This document shows positions 15,111 to 20,000 of a DNA stretch of 20,000 nt, piece after piece. The position numbers and the translations under genes were made by a program. How positions within the stretch are numbered: position 1 is the stretch's first letter; the number at the start of each line of letters is the position of its first letter. This DNA is from an uncultured virus (IMG/VR IMGVR_UViG_3300029812_000136). Lineage: Duplodnaviria > Heunggongvirae > Uroviricota > Caudoviricetes. A model generated the notes under the pieces. That model saw nothing but the letters and a program-made list of their open reading frames with translations. It made no database searches and was not told the origin of the DNA. The stretch lies in the IMG/VR virus record IMGVR_UViG_3300029812_000136; one strand, 5' to 3'.

Positions 15111-16301
15111 TTGCGAGTCCCTGTTTTAAACATGCGTAATAAACCACTAATGCCAACAACACCACAAAAAGCAAGACATCTATTAGAAACAAGTAAAGCA
15201 AAGGTAGTAACCAGAAATCCATTTGTCATCCAACTTCTGTATCCAACAGGTGAATCAAAACAGGACATAACTTTGGGTATAGATGCAGGCTACTCAAAAA
15301 TAGGGTACAGTGCAGTAACAGAAACACAAGAACTTATGACAGGTGAATTAAAACTAAGAACAAATATCAAGCAATTATTAGATAAGAAGCGAGGAGCACG
15401 TAGATTAAAACGCAATAAATTGTGGTACAGACAACCAAGGTTTCTCAATCGATCCAAACCAAAAGGATGGATACCACCATCTTTAGATCACAAATTACAA
15501 ACTCACATCAGACTGATCGAATGTCTAAAACAAATCTTACCAATCACAAAAGTAATAGTAGAAGTATCATCTTTCGATACACAGAAAATGCAAAATCCTG
15601 AAATCTCTGGTATCGAATACCAGCAAGGGGAACTGCAAGGTTATGAAGTCCGTGAATACTTATTAGAAAAGTGGCATCGAGAGTGCGCATATTGCGGTGC
15701 TAAAAACATACCTTTGGAAGTAGAACACATTATACCAAAAATACGAGGAGGTTCTAACAGAGTATCCAATCTCACCATGAGTTGTCATGACTGCAATGAG
15801 AAAAAAGGCAGTCAAACTGCAGCAGAATTTGGTTACCCAAACATCCAAAAACAAGCAAAACAATCTCTCAAAGCACCTGCATTCATGAATACCATCCGTT
15901 GGAAATTAGTAAATACATTCAATTGCAACTGGACTTACGGTAGCATAACGAAACACAACAGAGTAAAGCTTGGCTTAGAGAAATCACATGTAAATGATGC
16001 GTTTGTTATTGCAAATGGTGCAGGGCAGGAGAGAAGTAAATCTCATAGAGGAACGCAAACAAGACGGAACAACAGGAGCATGCAAATGAATAGAAAAGGG
16101 TTCAAAGTATCTATAAGAAGGCAGCGATACAAACTACAACCAAACGACTTGGTGAAGTTTAGAGGTATGTTCTGCCGGGTCAAAGGAGTATTCAATTATG
16201 GCAAATGGGTAAGAATAGTAACAAAAGCGGGAGAAGTAATCAATACTAACATTAAGAATGTAGGAGTGTTGAAATATGGGAAAGGAATACAATGGGAGTG
16301 A
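15111..16301 (+). CDS. iscB: IscB RNA-guided endonuclease (PLMP, split RuvC, HNH)
   Basis: KPLMP, RuvC-I LGIDAG, Arg-rich bridge helix, RuvC-II VIVEV, HNH CAYC...EHIIP..RGGSN..SNL...CHDCN and RuvC-III SHVNDA all intact. Core starts at TTG 15111; an alternative in-frame ATG lies at 14925. Confidence 0.95.
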   Translation: MRVPVLNMRNKPLMPTTPQKARHLLETSKAKVVTRNPFVIQLLYPTGESKQDITLGIDAGYSKIGYSAVTETQELMTGELKLRTNIKQLLDKKRGARRLKRNKLWYRQPRFLNRSKPKGWIPPSLDHKLQTHIRLIECLKQILPITKVIVEVSSFDTQKMQNPEISGIEYQQGELQGYEVREYLLEKWHRECAYCGAKNIPLEVEHIIPKIRGGSNRVSNLTMSCHDCNEKKGSQTAAEFGYPNIQKQAKQSLKAPAFMNTIRWKLVNTFNCNWTYGSITKHNRVKLGLEKSHVNDAFVIANGAGQERSKSHRGTQTRRNNRSMQMNRKGFKVSIRRQRYKLQPNDLVKFRGMFCRVKGVFNYGKWVRIVTKAGEVINTNIKNVGVLKYGKGIQWE

Positions 16302-16704
16302 AGCCGATTCATCCCCTCCCTTTCGGAAGGGGTCTTCTCGGCTAAGTGATAAAAAGACAATCATTTTCATATCAATTATCATAATAGGATCAATAGCACT
16401 ACTAATAGTAGTACCAAAAATGTGTCAAGATTCATATCCAACACCAGAAGTTGTAGATTATCCAGAATGTGACAAACTCATTCATAAAGGTGTCAAGTGG
16501 GGTGTGTGTTACAAAAAAGGAGAAGTAGTAGCGACCATTTCAAGTGGTAATATCTACGATGCAACAGTCACAAAAAAGTATGATTATGATAAAATAGAGG
16601 TCTATGATAAAGTAGGTGGAGATATAATATTTGCTACGTACGAAGGTAGGTTGTATTTTGATATTAAACCAAGATGTAATGAAGAAGGAGGATTTTTAAA
16701 ATGA
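16276..16704 (+). CDS. Signal-anchored hypothetical protein whose N-terminus was replaced by the IS end
   Basis: KKTIIFISIIIIGSIALLIVVP anchor; the first ~24 codons lie within the element's terminal region. Confidence 0.6.
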   Translation: MGKEYNGSEADSSPPFRKGSSRLSDKKTIIFISIIIIGSIALLIVVPKMCQDSYPTPEVVDYPECDKLIHKGVKWGVCYKKGEVVATISSGNIYDATVTKKYDYDKIEVYDKVGGDIIFATYEGRLYFDIKPRCNEEGGFLK

Positions 16705-17099
16705 AAAAACCAAATATTGGATTTACTGGAACTAGGAGTGGGATGACAGAAAGACAAAAGAAAGAACTAAGAAAATATTTAGAAATGCAAGATTGTGGTG
16801 GTATTTTTCATCATGGAGACTGTGTTGGTGCAGATGCTGAAGCTCATCAAATAGCAAGTAGATTAGGGTATGAGATAGTAATTCATCCACCTAAAAATCC
16901 AAAGGAAAGAGCATATTGTTGGAGTGTTTTCGTAAAACCAGAAAAGGAATATCTCAAAAGGAATCATGATATTGTTGATGATTCAAATATTCTTTTAGCT
17001 GCGCCAAAATCTAAAAAAGAAGTTGTTAGAAGTGGGACATGGGCAACTATAAGATATGCTCATAAAATTGGAAAGAAAGTAATTGTTTTAGATCCATAA
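16701..17099 (+). CDS. SLOG-superfamily (DprA/YspA-like Rossmann) nucleotide-binding protein
   Basis: IGFTGTR, HHGDCVGAD, RNHDIVD and RSGTWATIRYA motifs. Confidence 0.8.
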   Translation: MKKPNIGFTGTRSGMTERQKKELRKYLEMQDCGGIFHHGDCVGADAEAHQIASRLGYEIVIHPPKNPKERAYCWSVFVKPEKEYLKRNHDIVDDSNILLAAPKSKKEVVRSGTWATIRYAHKIGKKVIVLDP

Positions 17100-17104
17100 A
17101 ATAA

Positions 17105-17623
17105 ATGCCAGAACCGCTTTTGCATTTTTTAGCTCCTTTTGTTGCTTGCATTATCTATGGTCTCTCTATCAAAAAGTCACTTTTTATATCATCATTCGCA
17201 ATACTTCCTGATTTAGATGTCTTATTTCATGTCCATCGGTCAATATCACACTCAGCTGTCTTCATAATAGCAGTCTCAATTCCTATAATACTGTCCATAA
17301 AATATAAATATCCACAATATTTCAACACATCAATCATAACGTCTCTTGTCACAATATCCCATCCAATAATGGACACTTTCTGTGGCCATACACCTGTCTT
17401 ATATCCACTTTATAAAGGTGTCATCAGAATCCAATGTGATCTATTAACAAATATCAATAATATTTGGGATCTAAAGTATATATTCAACATTGATATGGTT
17501 CCAATCTCATCAGTATTCGTCAGATCTGTTGATTATGATGCGGCAATCTTTTCAAGTCTTGGAGTGATAATATCTATAATTGTCTTTTGCGGGATAATAA
17601 TGAAATGGAGAAATAATAAATAG
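17105..17623 (+). CDS. Membrane-bound metal-dependent hydrolase (YdjM/LexA-binding family)
   Basis: N-terminal His, LPDLD, HRSISHS and SHPIMD motifs with TM helices. Confidence 0.85.
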   Translation: MPEPLLHFLAPFVACIIYGLSIKKSLFISSFAILPDLDVLFHVHRSISHSAVFIIAVSIPIILSIKYKYPQYFNTSIITSLVTISHPIMDTFCGHTPVLYPLYKGVIRIQCDLLTNINNIWDLKYIFNIDMVPISSVFVRSVDYDAAIFSSLGVIISIIVFCGIIMKWRNNK

Positions 17624-17731
17624 GAGTCAAATAAAATGGAATTTAAAGAAGAATATGGTAGTTTAGAAGAATTAGTCAAGGAATAGGTAAACAAAACAAG
17701 CAGATAACTAATCAAATTGGAGAGTAAATAG

Positions 17732-17992
17732 ATGAGTAAAGAACTGATTGTACATATAGTAGTGCCATTGACTATGATAGTGATCATATTATGTGTTGTT
17801 AATACTATAAATACTATAATGATTAACACAAGTTTTGTAGAAACTATCTATGTTCCCCTGTCTATATGGAAGCATCTATTGTTTTTTGGAGCACTTGGAT
17901 TGTTCATCTTTCTTTTTGTGCCTTTTTCATGTAATGGTATTCCATATATCTATTGGGTTATTCGTTTTTTTGAAAAGGAGGAGAAGAAGTGA
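17732..17992 (+). CDS. Small membrane protein
   Basis: Two hydrophobic helices; GGAG SD; GTGA overlap with the next gene. Confidence 0.6.
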   Translation: MSKELIVHIVVPLTMIVIILCVVNTINTIMINTSFVETIYVPLSIWKHLLFFGALGLFIFLFVPFSCNGIPYIYWVIRFFEKEEKK

Positions 17993-19176
17993 ATGAAACA
18001 TTTACAAGCATTACTCAATTCCTTCTTTCTCCACTCAAAATTTCAAAGATAATTTGGGATTACAAACATTCACTTTTTTACGTGACAAAAAAGCGGGGAT
18101 TATGTTCAGCTTGCAAATTCCTCTTCGCAAAGATAACTGTTGCTGATGAAGGTGGAGAAATATCCTTCCTCGATCCTTTATATCGGGAATTTCCTTCTCT
18201 ATGCAAATATCCATATAAAATAGAAGTGGAAATGTCTTCGATTTGTCTTCGCATGTGTCTTCTTTGTGAGCACACGTATTGGGACGAGAAGGATTGGCAG
18301 ATCAGCTTTAAAGAATTTGTCAATCTCATAGATCAATTCCCAAATCTTCGATGGATAAATACAACAGGCGAGGGATCAGCATTTCTAAACAAGGATTTCT
18401 ACAAAATTCTTCAATATCTTCGCAATCGTGACATCTCAGTCAACTTTGTAGATGAATTCGAATACATAAATGAACGATGGGCAAGAAGAATAATTGATTT
18501 AGGTATAACGTGCATATGGATCTCAATGGACGGTGCAACCAAAGAAACTTATGAATCAATAAAGGTCGGTTGTAACTACGATAAAATTGTCAATAATATC
18601 ATCAAATTTGGTGAATTAAAGAGGGAGATGAAAACACTCTTGCCAACGCTCTGCTTCAGGTACATTGTCAACAAGCTCAATGTCCATGAAGTCCCAGATT
18701 TTGTAGATAAAGTGGCATCTTTTAATGTCTTGGGTGAGGGGAGTCGTGTTGAATTTGCTGGTCTTTTAACATTCCCAGAAATTGAACACTTATATATGTG
18801 GATTCCTCCCAGCATAAAGGAAGAGGCTATAAGAAGAGGCAAAAAGTATGATGTTCACATAACATTTGCTCATACCTCGGAACTTCCGTCTCCACAGATG
18901 TGTGCAGCCTGGTGTGAACCGTATGTAATGATGGAAGGGTTTGTTGTCTCGTGTTGTGCGGTCATGATGTCCAATCGTCGAGAATTTTTACGTAAGTATG
19001 CATTCGGAAACATAAATGAACAATCTTTTGAGGAGATCTGGAGCTCAGAAAGATATAAAAAATTCAGACAGATGGTCACAAACAAGTCCGAAAAAGTCCC
19101 AATACTTTGTGCAGGCTGTCGAGCGTATGATATGTCTGAACGTGAGAAAAAGTATGGAGTGAGTGAAGAGGTGTAA
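17989..19176 (+). CDS. Radical SAM protein with SPASM/twitch domain
   Basis: CLRMCLLC (CxxxCxxC), ISMDGA, and C-terminal C...SCC...FGNINEQSFEEIWSS...CAGC. Confidence 0.9.
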   Translation: MNETFTSITQFLLSPLKISKIIWDYKHSLFYVTKKRGLCSACKFLFAKITVADEGGEISFLDPLYREFPSLCKYPYKIEVEMSSICLRMCLLCEHTYWDEKDWQISFKEFVNLIDQFPNLRWINTTGEGSAFLNKDFYKILQYLRNRDISVNFVDEFEYINERWARRIIDLGITCIWISMDGATKETYESIKVGCNYDKIVNNIIKFGELKREMKTLLPTLCFRYIVNKLNVHEVPDFVDKVASFNVLGEGSRVEFAGLLTFPEIEHLYMWIPPSIKEEAIRRGKKYDVHITFAHTSELPSPQMCAAWCEPYVMMEGFVVSCCAVMMSNRREFLRKYAFGNINEQSFEEIWSSERYKKFRQMVTNKSEKVPILCAGCRAYDMSEREKKYGVSEEV

Positions 19177-19190
19177 TATTCTTAAAAGTA

Positions 19191-19198
19191 TTTATATA
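19191..19198 (+). promoter_or_regulatory. Archaeal TATA box for the RAMP-containing unit
   Basis: AAAAGTA-TTTATATA-CT; GAGGT SD before ATG 19229. Confidence 0.6.
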
Positions 19199-19228
19199 CT
19201 AAACTTCTATTATAATATAGAGGTAAAC

Positions 19229-19402
19229 ATGATAGATAAAAAAGTCTATAAGATAAGAAGAGTAACAATCTCAGAGAAAGTAGGAAGAACATACATCGCT
19301 CTCGAAGATGAAAATGGTAAAACAGCTGGTACACTAAGTTTGAGAGGTAAACAGACAAGTTTGATTGGAACAAAAGAAGTTCGAGTTTTAGGAGACAAAT
19401 AA
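19229..19402 (+). CDS. Small hypothetical beta-strand protein (57 aa)
   Basis: ATG 19229 with SD, within ORF 19163-19402. Confidence 0.6.
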   Translation: MIDKKVYKIRRVTISEKVGRTYIALEDENGKTAGTLSLRGKQTSLIGTKEVRVLGDK

Positions 19403-19404
19403 AA

Positions 19405-19947
19405 ATGGAAGAAAAGTGTAATGTAATATTGAAAGGTACACGAGCACTTTTAATGAACTCATGTCAATTTATGTTAGAAGAACAAGAAACAAAACGAGCA
19501 AGAGAAAACATGAGTAAGAAGCAAGAAGCTGAAAGACTATTATACAAAGACAAAGAAGGAAATGTTGTCGTTCCTTCACTGAACATCTTAGCATGTATAA
19601 AGGATTCTGCAGTAAACTTCAAAGTCCCAGGTCGAGGCAAGAAAACATTCAAAAGTTTTGTATATGCTGGTCTACGAATTGAACCAGATAATATACCAGT
19701 CATTTCATCTAACGGTTGGGAAGTAGACTTGAAGTCTGTAGTAATAGGTTCAGCAAGAATAATAAAAGCTCGTCCAAAATTCATTGAGTGGAAACTCGAA
19801 TTTCAAATAGAAATACTTGATCCAATCATAACACCATCCGTACTCAAAGATATTCTCTCAGACGCAGGCAAATACAACGGTCTCTTAGATTTCAGACCAT
19901 TGTTTGGACTTTTTTCAGTCGAAACTTTTGAGAAGATCAAAAAATGA
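19405..19947 (+). CDS. Stand-alone RAMP/Cas7-like protein
   Basis: LKGTRALLMN, VVVPSLNILACIKDSA, RPKFIEWKLEFQI and C-terminal AGKYNGLLDFRPLFGLFSV, the layout of viral Cas7-related RAMPs. Confidence 0.65.
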   Translation: MEEKCNVILKGTRALLMNSCQFMLEEQETKRARENMSKKQEAERLLYKDKEGNVVVPSLNILACIKDSAVNFKVPGRGKKTFKSFVYAGLRIEPDNIPVISSNGWEVDLKSVVIGSARIIKARPKFIEWKLEFQIEILDPIITPSVLKDILSDAGKYNGLLDFRPLFGLFSVETFEKIKK

Positions 19948-20000
19948 GTAGAGAAGATATGCACATAACAAATCTAGAAGAAAAAGTAAGAAACTTCCTC
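19944..20000 (+). CDS. Partial ORF running off the window
   Basis: ATGA overlap; MSREDMHITNLEEKVRNFL... Confidence 0.45.
   Translation, partial: MSREDMHITNLEEKVRNFL

Larger units (their letters stand above)
14844..16348 (+). mobile_element. Non-autonomous IS200/IS605-family IscB (OMEGA) element
   Basis: Begins with the typical GTCAACCAC end hairpin, carries omega-RNA and iscB, and ends with hairpin AGCCGA-TTCAT-CCCCTCCC-TTTC-GGAAGGGG-TCTTC-TCGGCT. No tnpA. Excision restores both flanking genes. Confidence 0.85.

Noticed and set aside
17636..17731. Short frame MEFKEEYGSLEELVKE* with further in-frame stops
   Set aside because: Too short and degenerate to assign; no evidence for readthrough or a BHB intron.
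471..19784. All minus-strand ORFs, and alternative-frame plus ORFs 5042-5362 and 6850-7158
   Set aside because: Shadows of well-supported plus-strand genes, with no motifs or SD sites.
1..20000. CRISPR array, tRNA/rRNA genes or tnpA transposase
   Set aside because: None recognisable in the window.

Overview
AT-rich, gene-dense window with essentially all genes on the + strand, archaeal TTTATATA promoters and GGAGG(TGA) ribosome-binding sites. It most likely comes from a large archaeal virus or provirus, probably spindle-shaped; a methanogen/ANME-like host is an inference. The main discovery is a 98-aa two-helix protein resembling spindle-virus major capsid proteins (4007-4455) that the ORF track misses. 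It is split into three exons by two short introns (4118-4184 and 4262-4346). Each intron forms a canonical archaeal bulge-helix-bulge (BHB) motif, and cutting at the textbook positions restores one continuous frame. The window also contains a complete non-autonomous IscB/omega-RNA (IS200/IS605) element whose empty site, guide and TAM can be reconstructed, and an orphan RAMP/Cas7-like gene. A glycosylation gene set is present (GT2, GT4, two GT-C enzymes of which one is split and one carries a Zn-finger insert, and a heavily sequon-bearing surface protein). The remainder encodes ThyA-like, Hjc-like, Gam-like, SLOG, YdjM and radical SAM/SPASM proteins and many small Zn-finger ORFs. All family assignments come from motif recognition by eye; no searches were run.
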